A DNA stretch of 64,000 nt, taken from an uncultured Acidobacteriota bacterium. Lineage in GTDB: Bacteria > Acidobacteriota > Vicinamibacteria > Vicinamibacterales > SCN-69-37. Below are positions 47,285 through 57,019 of the stretch, one piece after another. The notes below the pieces were generated by a model. That model did not search any database. It was not told the origin of the DNA and saw nothing but the letters and a program-made list of their open reading frames with translations. The stretch spans positions 397,472 through 461,471 of the forward strand of contig CAVRVJ010000005.1 in NCBI GenBank assembly GCA_963724645.1, read 5' to 3'. The stretch's first letter is position 1. Every line of letters starts with the position of its first letter. Both the position numbers and the translations under genes were made by a program.

Positions 47285-48742
47285 ATGGCGCCTCGCACCG
47301 TCGATCAATTGCAACCAGGCGATCGTGTCATCGTGGTGGGCGCGGGTCCTGCCGGCCTGACGGCCGCCTATTTCCTACGCGATCGAGGCGTCCGCGTCAC
47401 TGTCCTCGAGGCCGACGACGTCGTCGGCGGCATCTCGCGCACGGCCCAGTACCGCGGCTTCCGGTTCGACATCGGGGGTCACCGCTTCTTCACCAAGATT
47501 GAAGCTGTCAATGCCATGTGGCAGGAGATTCTTGGGAACGAGCTCATCACCGTCCCGCGACTGTCGCGCATCTATTACCAGGGCAAGTATTTCGATTACC
47601 CGCTGAAGGCGGGCAAGACGCTCCGGCAGCTCGGCCCCTTCTCGGCCGCCGCCATCGTCCTCAGCTACTTCAAGTGGCGCCTCCGCCCCTATCCGGTTGA
47701 AGAGAACTTCGAGCAATGGGTGACCAACCGATTCGGGAAGCGGCTCTTCGAGATCTTCTTCAAGACTTACACGGAAAAAGTCTGGGGCATCCCGTGCCGT
47801 GAAATCAGAGCGGAGTGGGCCGCGCAACGCATTCAGGGATTGTCGCTGGCCAAGGCGGTCCTTGCGGCCACGCCGCTGAACAAGCGTGGCGCGGCGATCA
47901 AGACGCTCATCCACGAATTTCGGTACCCCCGACTCGGCCCGGGCCAGATGTGGGAGCGGTGCCAGGACCAGGTCGTGGCGGCCGGCCACGACGTGCTGCT
48001 GCGCCACCGGGTCCATCGCATCGAGCGTCGTGGCGACCGGATCGTGGCGGTCCACGCGTGCACGCCCGAAGGCGAACGCCGGTTCGAAGGGAACCACTTC
48101 TTTTTCACCATGCCGCTTCGATCCCTCGTCCGCGCGATGGATCCGGCCGTCCCGGCTGAGATCCGGGCCGCCGGCGAGGGGCTCGCGTACCGCGACTTCA
48201 TCCTCGTCGCCCTCGTCCTCGGACGACCGCGGCTGTTTCCCGACAACTGGATTTACATCCACAGTGCCAGCGTGAAGGTCGGGCGCATCCAGAACTTCAA
48301 CAACTGGAGCGCGGCGATGGTTCCCGTCGAGGGAAAAACGTGCCTGGGCCTCGAGTACTTCTGCTTCAAGGGCGACGCCCTGTGGGAGGCGTCCGATGAC
48401 GAACTGGTCCGGCTGGCCTCGCAGGAACTCGAGGTACTGAAGCTGGGACGCCGCGTCGATGTCGAAGACGGTACCGTCATCCGCATGCCCAAGGCGTATC
48501 CCATCTACGATTCCAGCTACCGCGCGAATCTCGCCGTCATCCGGTCGCTCGTCGACTCCATCGGCAATCTGCACACGATCGGCCGCAACGGCATGCACAA
48601 ATACAACAATCAGGATCATTCGATGCTGACAGCCATGCTCGCCGTGGAGAACCTGCACGGCGGCACCCACGATCTGTGGGAGATCAATAGCGATTTTGAT
48701 TACCATGAAGAGCAGCGCATCCAGCCGCAAGCCAGCCTATGA
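47285..48742 (+). CDS. NAD(P)/FAD-dependent oxidoreductase (amine-oxidase / protoporphyrinogen-oxidase / UDP-galactopyranose-mutase-like)
   Basis: ATG 47285. Dinucleotide fold 'VIVVGAGPAGLTAAYFLRDRGVRVTVLEADDVVGG'. 'GGHRFFTK', 'YPRLGPGQMWE', 'GRNGMHKYNNQDHSM'. Confidence 0.8.
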   Translation: MAPRTVDQLQPGDRVIVVGAGPAGLTAAYFLRDRGVRVTVLEADDVVGGISRTAQYRGFRFDIGGHRFFTKIEAVNAMWQEILGNELITVPRLSRIYYQGKYFDYPLKAGKTLRQLGPFSAAAIVLSYFKWRLRPYPVEENFEQWVTNRFGKRLFEIFFKTYTEKVWGIPCREIRAEWAAQRIQGLSLAKAVLAATPLNKRGAAIKTLIHEFRYPRLGPGQMWERCQDQVVAAGHDVLLRHRVHRIERRGDRIVAVHACTPEGERRFEGNHFFFTMPLRSLVRAMDPAVPAEIRAAGEGLAYRDFILVALVLGRPRLFPDNWIYIHSASVKVGRIQNFNNWSAAMVPVEGKTCLGLEYFCFKGDALWEASDDELVRLASQELEVLKLGRRVDVEDGTVIRMPKAYPIYDSSYRANLAVIRSLVDSIGNLHTIGRNGMHKYNNQDHSMLTAMLAVENLHGGTHDLWEINSDFDYHEEQRIQPQASL

Positions 48743-49038
48743 GCAGTGATGACGAGCGGCGTCTTCGGAAGAGGTACCTTCGGTTCAACGAACACGCCTG
48801 GGGGATTGGTTTGGCGCTCATCGTCGGCGGCGTCCTCTGGCTGGTCACAATCGCGCTCGTTTTGAGGGGCGGTTATCCCATCGGACCGCACCTCGGACTG
48901 CTTGCCGCGTATTTCCCCGGCTATCGCGTCACGGTGCCGGGCGCCTTCCTCGGCGCCGCGTATGGATTGATCGTCGGCTATGCGATCGGGCGAGTGATCA
49001 GCGGCCTCTACAACCGGCTGAGCGGGCCCGGCGCCTAG
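48739..49038 (+). CDS. Small 2-TM membrane protein, paralog 3
   Basis: 'LRFNEHAWGIGLALIVGGVLWLVTIALVLRGGYPIGPHLGLLAAYFPGYRVTVPGAFLGAAYGLIVGYAIGRVI'. ATGA overlap with the oxidoreductase stop. Confidence 0.6.
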   Translation: MSSDDERRLRKRYLRFNEHAWGIGLALIVGGVLWLVTIALVLRGGYPIGPHLGLLAAYFPGYRVTVPGAFLGAAYGLIVGYAIGRVISGLYNRLSGPGA

Positions 49039-49047
49039 CGGGCAGAA

Positions 49048-50505
49048 ATGGCAGGCGCACGCGGGCTTCGGGGCAGGTTCGTTTTCCTCCGCGACTTCGG
49101 CATTCTCGCCGGCGGACAGGTGATCAGCCGGATCGTCGCGTTCCTCGCATTTGCCCGTCTCGCGCGGACGCTTGGCCCCCAGAACTACGGGCTCGTCGAG
49201 TATGTCGTCGGACTGGCCATGCTCTTCGGGGCGGCGGTCGAAACCGGCCTCGGCACGGTCGGCATCCGGCGCATCGCGCTGCGGCCGGAGCAACTGCCCG
49301 CGGTGGCCGCTCAGATTCCAACTGCCCGGTTCGTCATGGCCCTGGTGAGCGTGCCTGTCATGCTGTTGATTGCGCGCCCGCCGACGCACGGCACCGGCGC
49401 CCAGGGCCTCGTGTGGCTGTACGCTCTCAGCCTCCTGGTCGCTCCGTGGCGGCAGGACTGGCTGCTGCAGGCAACAGAGCGGATGACGGAGGCGGCCGTG
49501 GCGCAGATCCTGCGCACAACGGTCTTCGCCTTCGTCGTCATCACTCTGGTTGCCTCGCCGGACGATCTGCTGTGGGTGGGATGGGCCGAAGTGGCGGCGG
49601 TCTCAGCGATGAGCCTGTTCTGCTTCGCCGTCCAGCACGCCAGGATCACTCCCTGGCGGTTCCATGCATCCATCACGGGGCTGCCCGATCTGGCCACGGA
49701 GGGAGGCTTGATCGGTCTCGGGAGCATCGCGTGGTCGGCCAACCAATATGCGCCGCTCCTGCTGATGGCCTACTTCGCCGGCGGAGAGGAGACGGCGTGG
49801 TTCGCCGCCGCGAACCGCGTGATGGGATCGCTGCTGGCGTTCTCTAACCTTTATTACTTCAACCTCTATCCCGCCATCGCCCGCGCGACGGCGGCCGATC
49901 AGGACGAACTCGCGGCCATTCTGGCGGCGTCGTACCGGGTGCTCGCGTGGAGCGGCACGCTGGCGGCGCTGTGCCTGACGTTGCTCGCGGAGCCGCTGGC
50001 GACGCTCGCGTTCGGCGCGCAGTTCAGCCACGCGGCCTCCGTGCTGGCAATCATGGCCTGGGCGTTGCCCGTGGCGCTGCTCTCCGGGCATGCGCGCTGG
50101 TCTCTCGTCGCCGCGGGGGCGCAGGCGCGCGTGGTGTCCGCGCAGCTCGTCGGCTCAATCGCCGTTGTCGCCGTCGGAGTGCCCGCGATCCTGCTCCTGG
50201 GCGGACGCGGCGCCGCGCTCGCGGCGATTGCGGCACCGCTGGCCGTGTGGCTGGTCTCGCACGCGTTTGCCTCGCGCGTCGGCGTCAGGCTTCCTTTGTT
50301 CCGGCTCGGCTTCCGCCCCGCGTTGCTTGCGCTCGTCGCCGTGGCGGCCGTCAAGGCCCTGCATCTGACGTCGTGGTCCGCGGCGGCCGGCGTCGCGTTG
50401 TTTGCCGGCGCAGCGCCGTTTGTCGATCGGCAGCTTCTGCGGGACCTGCTCAGACTTGGCGAGATTCGCCGCAGCGCGCCGGTTCAGAGCACCGGCGCAG
50501 TCTGA
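49048..50505 (+). CDS. Polysaccharide biosynthesis protein / oligosaccharide flippase (Wzx-like, MOP superfamily)
   Basis: 485-aa ORF with about 12-14 helices and an N-terminal 'ILAGGQVISRIVAFLAFARLARTLGPQNYG' pattern. Confidence 0.75.
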   Translation: MAGARGLRGRFVFLRDFGILAGGQVISRIVAFLAFARLARTLGPQNYGLVEYVVGLAMLFGAAVETGLGTVGIRRIALRPEQLPAVAAQIPTARFVMALVSVPVMLLIARPPTHGTGAQGLVWLYALSLLVAPWRQDWLLQATERMTEAAVAQILRTTVFAFVVITLVASPDDLLWVGWAEVAAVSAMSLFCFAVQHARITPWRFHASITGLPDLATEGGLIGLGSIAWSANQYAPLLLMAYFAGGEETAWFAAANRVMGSLLAFSNLYYFNLYPAIARATAADQDELAAILAASYRVLAWSGTLAALCLTLLAEPLATLAFGAQFSHAASVLAIMAWALPVALLSGHARWSLVAAGAQARVVSAQLVGSIAVVAVGVPAILLLGGRGAALAAIAAPLAVWLVSHAFASRVGVRLPLFRLGFRPALLALVAVAAVKALHLTSWSAAAGVALFAGAAPFVDRQLLRDLLRLGEIRRSAPVQSTGAV

Positions 50506-50516
50506 GTCGCCGCTCG

Positions 50517-51278
50517 ATGCCATCCACCGTTCCGATCCTGACGTTCCACGCGATCGACGATCGCCCGTCGGTGATCTCCTGCACGCCCAAAGTCTTCCGG
50601 GGAGGCATGGCCCTCCTGCATCAAGCCGGCTATCGCACCATGGGACTTCTGGAAGCCGTCGACTGCCTCCATCACGGAGGCGGGTTTCCCAAGCGGGCCT
50701 TCGTGCTCACGTTCGACGATGGGTTTCAGAGCGTGTATCGTGAAGCCTTTCCCGTGATGCGGGAGCTCGGGATGCGCGCGACGGTTTTTCTCACGGTCGG
50801 AGCGGCCCGCGGCGCGTCGACAGATCGACTGCCCTCATTCGAGGGTCGGACGATGCTGAGCTGGCGTGAGGTGCGGGAGATGCAGGCGGCCGGCGTCGAG
50901 GCCGGCGCCCACACACTTACCCACCCGGATCTCACGCGCCTGCCGGCCGCGCGGATTGCGGTGGAGATGCGCGAGTCGCGCGAGGTCATCGAGGACGCCG
51001 TCGGAGCCGCCGTGCGGACCTTCGCGTACCCGTTCGGGCGTTACCATCCGGACAGCCAGCGGATCGCGCGTGAATACTTCAGCTGCGCGTGCGCCGATAC
51101 GCTCGGGCTGGCATCCCGGCGCAGCGATCCCTACGCACTCGAGCGAGTGGACACCTACTACCTCCGTCATCGGCGCGTGTTCGCCCTGACGACGACGCCG
51201 CTGTTTCCCTGGTATGTTGCAGCGCGCAGTCTGCCGCGCCGGCTGCGGCGCGCGTTCGAACGACGCCGGTCCGCCTGA
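50517..51278 (+). CDS. Polysaccharide deacetylase (NodB/CE4 family)
   Basis: ATG 50517. 'VLTFDDGFQSVY', 'ATVFLTVG', 'GAHTLTHPDL', 'FAYPFGRY' CE4 motifs. Confidence 0.85.
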   Translation: MPSTVPILTFHAIDDRPSVISCTPKVFRGGMALLHQAGYRTMGLLEAVDCLHHGGGFPKRAFVLTFDDGFQSVYREAFPVMRELGMRATVFLTVGAARGASTDRLPSFEGRTMLSWREVREMQAAGVEAGAHTLTHPDLTRLPAARIAVEMRESREVIEDAVGAAVRTFAYPFGRYHPDSQRIAREYFSCACADTLGLASRRSDPYALERVDTYYLRHRRVFALTTTPLFPWYVAARSLPRRLRRAFERRRSA

Positions 51279-51289
51279 ACAGGGCACTC

Positions 51290-52561
51290 TTATTTGCCAG
51301 GCGGCGCGAGGGCCTCGGACAGGCTGACCAGTCCGCGCCGAGCCGCGACCGATCGAATGAGATCGAGATACGCAGCCAACGCGGCCGTCTCGCTCCATCT
51401 CGCGCGAAACGCGCGCTCGCCGGCCTCGCCCATCGCTTGTCTCCTGGCCGCGTCGATCGTGAAGGAGCTGATGGCGGCGTCGAGCTCCGCTTCGTTCTGG
51501 AACAGCAGCCCGCCGGCGCTGGCCTCGATGATCTCCGGGTACGGCCCGATGCGCCTGGCAATGACCGGCGTTCCGTGCCGGAAGGCTTCGAGCACGACCA
51601 GCGGAAACACCTCGTAGCCCACCGAGGGGGCGATCAGCGCACGGGCGCCGCCGTACAAAGCATGCAGGCGCTCCGGCGGAACGTGCCCCAGGAATTGCAC
51701 GTTGGGACTTCCACGCGCGAGCGCCCGCAGCTCCGCTTCGGCCGTTCCGGTCCCGGCGATCCGGAGATCGGCCGGGCGATGTTGGTCGAACAAAGGGATG
51801 ACCGCCTGCAGCCCTTTGATTCGCTCGAGCCTCCCGACGAACAGGAAATACGGCCGCGACGACTCGGGCGCGACCGGCACATCGGATGGGAGGTCGGGAA
51901 GGAATGACCCCATCACCGTCATTGCCGGTGTAAAGCCGAATTCGGCGTGCTTGTCGGCGCTGAACCGGCTGAGCGCGACGAAGGCGTCGATGTGGCGCGC
52001 CTCGCGGGGAAGCAGGCGGCTGGCACGCCACAGTTGCGGCGGCCGTCGGTAGGCGATCGCGCAGCGTACACACTGTCGGCTGGTGCACACCTCCCGGTTG
52101 TGCCGCCAGAGCGTGTGGGTCGGGCAGACGAGCCAGTGTTCATGTGCGGTATAGAGCTTCACGCCGGTGCCGCACTCGAGGACGCCGGGCCCGCCGATGA
52201 GCGACACATTGTGGAAATGGATGACATCGAACGGATCGGCCAGCAGCCGGCGGAGGCGGCGGCCGTGAACGATCCGGCGGCCGAGCTGGTGGGTCGCCAG
52301 AGACGACAGCGCGGGCAGCGCGCTCCGCAGGGCATGAACGGTCACGCCCGGCGACGGCGGCGGCACGGGGACCTTGCGGTGGCCGCCCAGAACGGCATAG
52401 GCGTCTGCATCGCAGATCACGTCGATGATGTGCCCGCGTCGCGCGAGCGCGTGGGCCAGGTTCCGGACGTACTCGCCATCTCCGCCGAAGCTGTATGGCG
52501 GGTAGAACGTGGTCACCATCGCGATGCGCAGAGGCCGTCGCGTGGGAATGACACCGGACAT
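51290..52561 (-). CDS. Glycosyltransferase family 4 (GT-B) with inserted Cys-rich segment
   Basis: 'RIAMVTTFYPPYSFGGDGEYV', 'FVGRLERIKG', 'PSVGYEVFPLVVLEAFRHGTPVI'. Cys cluster 'CPTHTLWRHNREVCTSRQCVRC'. Confidence 0.85.
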   Translation of the reverse strand: MSGVIPTRRPLRIAMVTTFYPPYSFGGDGEYVRNLAHALARRGHIIDVICDADAYAVLGGHRKVPVPPPSPGVTVHALRSALPALSSLATHQLGRRIVHGRRLRRLLADPFDVIHFHNVSLIGGPGVLECGTGVKLYTAHEHWLVCPTHTLWRHNREVCTSRQCVRCAIAYRRPPQLWRASRLLPREARHIDAFVALSRFSADKHAEFGFTPAMTVMGSFLPDLPSDVPVAPESSRPYFLFVGRLERIKGLQAVIPLFDQHRPADLRIAGTGTAEAELRALARGSPNVQFLGHVPPERLHALYGGARALIAPSVGYEVFPLVVLEAFRHGTPVIARRIGPYPEIIEASAGGLLFQNEAELDAAISSFTIDAARRQAMGEAGERAFRARWSETAALAAYLDLIRSVAARRGLVSLSEALAPPGK

Positions 52562-52630
52562 CGCGGCCTAGTGTAGCGTCGGCCGGGAACCGCCAGGCAT
52601 CGTTCACGCGGAGTCCTCGGCCGCGAGCCG

Positions 52631-54232
52631 ATGTATGGTAAAAAATCGTCCACTGTGGCGCGGTGGCTCCCCGGCGAGGCTCGCGAGGGCGGCAGGTCAA
52701 GGACGTGGGTCTACCTTCTGATTCTGACCGGCATCAGTGTGGCCGCGCGCCTTCCGCAACTGCTCAGCCCCAATCTGCTGCTCGATGGCGACGAAAGCCT
52801 CATCGGTCTGATGGCGAAGCACGTCGCCGAAGGGCGGTCGCTCGCGATCTTCGTGTACGGCCAGCACTACGGGCTGTCGATAATCGAAACGGCCGCGGGC
52901 GCGCTCAGCTTTCTCCTGTTTGGCATGGGCGCGATCCCGTTGAAGGTCGCCATGTTGGCGCTGTGGACACTGGGCGTGCTGTTCATGTTTCTGGCGCTGT
53001 CACGAATGATCGGGGCCTGGCGCAGCTTCTGGATCATGGCGGTGTTTCTCGTCACGCCCGCCTGGGCCGCGACGTCGATGACCGCCTGGGGAGGCTACAC
53101 GACGGCCTTTACCGTCACCTCCGTGCTGGTCTGGCTGCTGGTCAGCGGCCTGCCGCACGACGGGATCGTGCGATGGCTCATCGCCGGGGCGTTGACGTCG
53201 GTGATCTATCTGGCGCGGCCGCTCTGGCTGCCGGGTCTCCTGCCGATCGTGGCCGTTGTCCTCTTCGCATCGCAGAGACGGCTGTCATTGGGCATCAGCT
53301 ATGTCGGCGGGGCCGCCGCGGTCATGGCGGTCATCAAACTGCTGACCGTCGACAGCCTCAACGTGTGGGAAGGACCCGCGCTGGGCAACTGGGCACTGCT
53401 CGAGACGCTGCCCGGCGCCGCACGCCAGGTCTATGTGAACCTGACCGGCGCCTATTTCCTTGGTGGAATGCGCGAACCGCCAGGGCCGGCGAGCGAACTG
53501 CTCGCGCGGCTCTGGTGTGTCCTGCTCCTGTTGGTGGTTCCGGCACAGGTGTATCGCATAGTCACCAGGCGATACTGTGTTCTCTCACATTTGCTGTTCC
53601 TGGCTGTCTGCGCATCGCTGATCACGCCGTGGCTACTGTTCTTCGTCCGCGACGCGCGATATCTTCTGCCGCTCGGCGCGCCGCTTGTCGTCCTCGCCGG
53701 CGTCGAGCTACTCGATTTCGTCGACCGGGGAATCGTCCCCAGGCGGGTGGCCATCGCCGCGACCACGGCGGCGCTCGTGCTGGGATCCATGTCGATGTAC
53801 AAATTCCGGAAGTTCAACCATTTGTGGGTGAATCCGCCGAACGCCCTGGCCGAAGCCGAGAGAATGCACCGCGTGATCTTCTACCTGCAGGCGAAAGGCA
53901 TCAGGCACGTGTTCTCGATGAACGGACTGCTCGACTCCCAGCTCGTCTTCTACAGCGAAGAGCGTGTGCTCGCTCGATGGACTCCCTGGAGGGTCCGCTA
54001 TCCGCCGTACACCCACTCGGTCAATCGAGCGCTGGATCGTGGGATGACGGTCGCCCTCGTGGGCTATACCGACACGAGCGGCGCACCTGGCTGCTCGAAC
54101 GCGCAAGTCTGCACCGGCGGGATTGCCAGGCTCGTGCCGCATCCGGAATCCATCGTCACTGTGGATGACAAGTACTTCATCGTCGCCGGCGTCACCAAGC
54201 CAGTGCTGAAGCGGCTGGGGTTCAGGTTCTGA
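52631..54232 (+). CDS. GT-C-fold membrane glycosyltransferase-like protein (ArnT/PMT-like)
   Basis: 533-aa ORF. The first loop 'LLLDGDESLIGLMAKHVAEG' contains an acidic motif. More than 10 helices and a C-terminal soluble domain. Confidence 0.65.
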   Translation: MYGKKSSTVARWLPGEAREGGRSRTWVYLLILTGISVAARLPQLLSPNLLLDGDESLIGLMAKHVAEGRSLAIFVYGQHYGLSIIETAAGALSFLLFGMGAIPLKVAMLALWTLGVLFMFLALSRMIGAWRSFWIMAVFLVTPAWAATSMTAWGGYTTAFTVTSVLVWLLVSGLPHDGIVRWLIAGALTSVIYLARPLWLPGLLPIVAVVLFASQRRLSLGISYVGGAAAVMAVIKLLTVDSLNVWEGPALGNWALLETLPGAARQVYVNLTGAYFLGGMREPPGPASELLARLWCVLLLLVVPAQVYRIVTRRYCVLSHLLFLAVCASLITPWLLFFVRDARYLLPLGAPLVVLAGVELLDFVDRGIVPRRVAIAATTAALVLGSMSMYKFRKFNHLWVNPPNALAEAERMHRVIFYLQAKGIRHVFSMNGLLDSQLVFYSEERVLARWTPWRVRYPPYTHSVNRALDRGMTVALVGYTDTSGAPGCSNAQVCTGGIARLVPHPESIVTVDDKYFIVAGVTKPVLKRLGFRF

Positions 54233-54337
54233 AAGCGAAGTCGAAGGCAGGGCCCAGCGTGCCTGGCGGGCTCGACGGTCCGGCCTGCGTGCATAGCCAC
54301 TTGGGCTCTGGGATAAAGATTCAGGTGATGCCCCGGC

Positions 54338-55927
54338 ATGATTGTTGACATCCGGTCGCTGCCGAGCGGCACGGTCGTGGAATCGGATCTCTGCATCATC
54401 GGCGCTGGCGCCGCGGGCGTCGCGATGGCGATGCAGTTGGCAGGCGCCACAGTGCGCGTCTCGCTCCTGGAGAGTGGCGGCCTCGAACCCGACGCCGCGA
54501 CCCAAGCGCTCGCAGCCGGCGAGCAGTCGGGCGTACCGTACTTCGACCTTGCGACGACGCGCTATCGCTTGCTGGGCGGCAGCACACTCCATTGGGGCGC
54601 ACGCAGCGCCCCGTTGAAGTCCATTGATTTCGCGCGCCGGGCCTGGGTGCCCCACAGCGGGTGGCCGCTGGCGGCCGATGCTCTCGATCCGTACTTCGAC
54701 CGGGTCTTCGATTTGATAGGGCTCCACCGCCCGTTCGCGTTCGACGCCGAGGTATGGAAGCTGTTCGACCATTTGCCTCCCGCGCTGGACGCGAACCTCG
54801 TGGAATACTCGGCGTTTCAATTCGGCAAGAACCTGCTGCTCGGGAAGACCCTTCGCAAGCAGTTACGGCCATCCGGGAACGTCACCGCCTATCTGCACGC
54901 GAACGCGCTCGGCCTTCAGGCCACTCCGCGAGGGGATCACGTGACTGGCGTGGACGTGGCCGCGCTGACGGGGCAGCGGTACCTGTTCAAGGCCCGCCGC
55001 TACGTCCTGGCGTGCGGCGGCATCGAGAATGCGCGCCTGCTGCTCCTCTCCAACGCGATCCATCCAGCCGGCTTGTGCAACGAACGCGATCTGGTCGGAC
55101 GCTATTTCATGGAGCATCCGACCGTCCCCGCCGGAACGATGGCAGCAGAAGAGTGGCGGAGGCTCCAGCCGGTCTTTTCTCCAGGCCTGGTCGGCGGTCA
55201 TCTCGTCGAGATCGGCATGGCGCTGTCACCGCGCCTGCAGGAAGCGCGACGGTGCCTGAACGCCGTCGCGCGCGCGGTCCCCGTCCTCGCCGCGGACTCG
55301 ACGCAGGCGTTGCGAGAGCTGCTGTGGAGCCTTCGGCGCCGGAGCCTCCCTCCCCGTCTCGTGGAGCACGAGAAACGCGAATGGCTGCTGCAGCGGCTCG
55401 GCGCAGTGGCACGGGATCCGCTCGGAATCGCCATGAACGCGCTGCGCCACGCGTCAGGCCGGGCGAATCGGTTCAACGTGGACCGCGTGCTGCTGGAGAT
55501 CCGCACGGAGCAGGCGCCCAATCCGGACAGCCGCGTCACCCTGTCGGACCGTACAGATGCCCTGGGCCAGCGGTGCGCCCACCTGCACTGGGCGCTGACC
55601 CGAGAGGACAAGCGCACCATGCAGACCGCGGCGGAAGCATTTGCCGGAGAGATGCGTCGCCTGGGCTGGGGCGCCGTTCAGATCATGCCGTGGCTCGAGA
55701 CGGACGATCCGGTCTGGCCGCCGGACATGGTTGGCGGTCACCATCACATGGGCACTACGCGCATGTCGGCGGATCCGCACACCGGCGTTGTCGACGAGAG
55801 CTGCAAGGCCCACACGATGGACAATCTCTACATTGCCGGCAGTTCGGTCTTCCCCACCGCCGGCTACGCCAACCCGACACTGACGATATTGGCCCTGGCG
55901 ATCAGGCTGGCGGATCACCTCCGTTGA
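54338..55927 (+). CDS. GMC family FAD-dependent oxidoreductase
   Basis: 'DLCIIGAGAAGVAMAMQL...LLESGG', 'GGSTLHWGA' and a C-terminal 'GGHHHMGTTRMS...VVDESCKAHTMDNLYIAGSSVFPT'. Confidence 0.85.
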   Translation: MIVDIRSLPSGTVVESDLCIIGAGAAGVAMAMQLAGATVRVSLLESGGLEPDAATQALAAGEQSGVPYFDLATTRYRLLGGSTLHWGARSAPLKSIDFARRAWVPHSGWPLAADALDPYFDRVFDLIGLHRPFAFDAEVWKLFDHLPPALDANLVEYSAFQFGKNLLLGKTLRKQLRPSGNVTAYLHANALGLQATPRGDHVTGVDVAALTGQRYLFKARRYVLACGGIENARLLLLSNAIHPAGLCNERDLVGRYFMEHPTVPAGTMAAEEWRRLQPVFSPGLVGGHLVEIGMALSPRLQEARRCLNAVARAVPVLAADSTQALRELLWSLRRRSLPPRLVEHEKREWLLQRLGAVARDPLGIAMNALRHASGRANRFNVDRVLLEIRTEQAPNPDSRVTLSDRTDALGQRCAHLHWALTREDKRTMQTAAEAFAGEMRRLGWGAVQIMPWLETDDPVWPPDMVGGHHHMGTTRMSADPHTGVVDESCKAHTMDNLYIAGSSVFPTAGYANPTLTILALAIRLADHLR

Positions 55928-56001
55928 CGCCGCGCCGCACCGCATGACGGTGGGCTACCGGCGGATCTCGCCTTGAACAGAAACATTTCCCTCGCGCGCA
56001 G

Positions 56002-57019
56002 TCAGCGATCGGTGCGGAACTGATCTCTCCATCGGCGGATGGCGGCGTCTGGCGTTCTGATGGACAGCTCGAGGGGCGCCAGAATCATCTGCTCGAGCCG
56101 CTGAAACTCCGTGCGGCCGACGGTCGGGAGACCGAAATCCGCGCCCATCTCGCGGGCCCTGTTGTCGATTTCCACGATGATCGTCCGGCGTCCGTGCTGC
56201 AGCGCACGCAGCCCGGCGTGGAGCCGGTTGCCCACATAGTCCAGGTCCAGGTCGGACGCCAGCACGCCGTCAAGGGCGCGCACGCTCGGATTGATGACGA
56301 CCATGCCGTCCTGCAACGATCGCGCGTATTCGTAGTCCGTGTGTGTCTGAATCCACAGATAGACGGTGCGATAGTGGCGCTGCAGAATTTCGAGCAGCCG
56401 CCGATCCGCTGAAGCATCTTGCAGACCCGCATAACTGTTGACGGTGGTCACGACGGCATTCGCCTTCTCACGCGGCACGCGCGCGCACCTGTCGGCGGTC
56501 ACATTCCACATGGTGGGACAGCCGGTGTTGACCGCGTTGGTGATGCCGATCGACGCCAGCATCCGAAGCGTGTAGCTGTCCCGGACGGAATGAAGATGAT
56601 CGCGGCTCAGCAGGCGCCTGAGCATCCAGCGGGAGTACAGGATCCGGCGCATGCTGGTATTGGTGCCAGCCGGCGCCGAGGAGCACGATATCGAGTCCGG
56701 CCAGGGCATCGATCGGCGAGACACGCCAACTCGGCCGGAACCACATCCGCGAGCTCAGAAGACTCGTCCCGCCGGAAATCGCCCAGTCGGCTTGCCGGAT
56801 CAGGTGGCGGCTGTGCGCTCCCATCCTTTCATGGCTCGTGAGCGTGAACACCATGGACTCGGGAAAGAGGTCATCGATCTCATGGCGCACGGCCTCCATG
56901 ATGATCTGGTCACCGAGGTTGGTCGAGGCGGCTGCGGTGTCGAGCAGCGCGATCGTCCCCGTGGACGGCGCGGAGGCGTGGGCCCGCCGACAGTATTGCG
57001 CGATCGGTTCAGGCACCAT
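56002..57019 (-). pseudogene. Polysaccharide pyruvyl transferase family protein, one frame slip near 56655
   Basis: N-terminal 'TIALLDTAAASTNLGDQIIMEAV...ISGGTSLL...IVLLGAG' (ORF 56468..57121). It continues 'LLSRDHLHSVRDSYTLRMLASIGITNAVNTGCPTMW' (ORF 56002..56724). Confidence 0.7.

Noticed and set aside
50835-52088. 417-aa minus-strand ORF
   Set aside because: It overlaps the CE4 deacetylase (antisense) and lies off-frame to the GT4 gene. It is Arg/Pro/Gly-rich.
53708-55947. ORFs 53708..54820 (-) and 54661..55947 (+)
   Set aside because: They are antisense or off-frame to the GT-C and GMC oxidoreductase genes, which carry clear motifs. Their composition is Arg/Pro/Ala-dominated.
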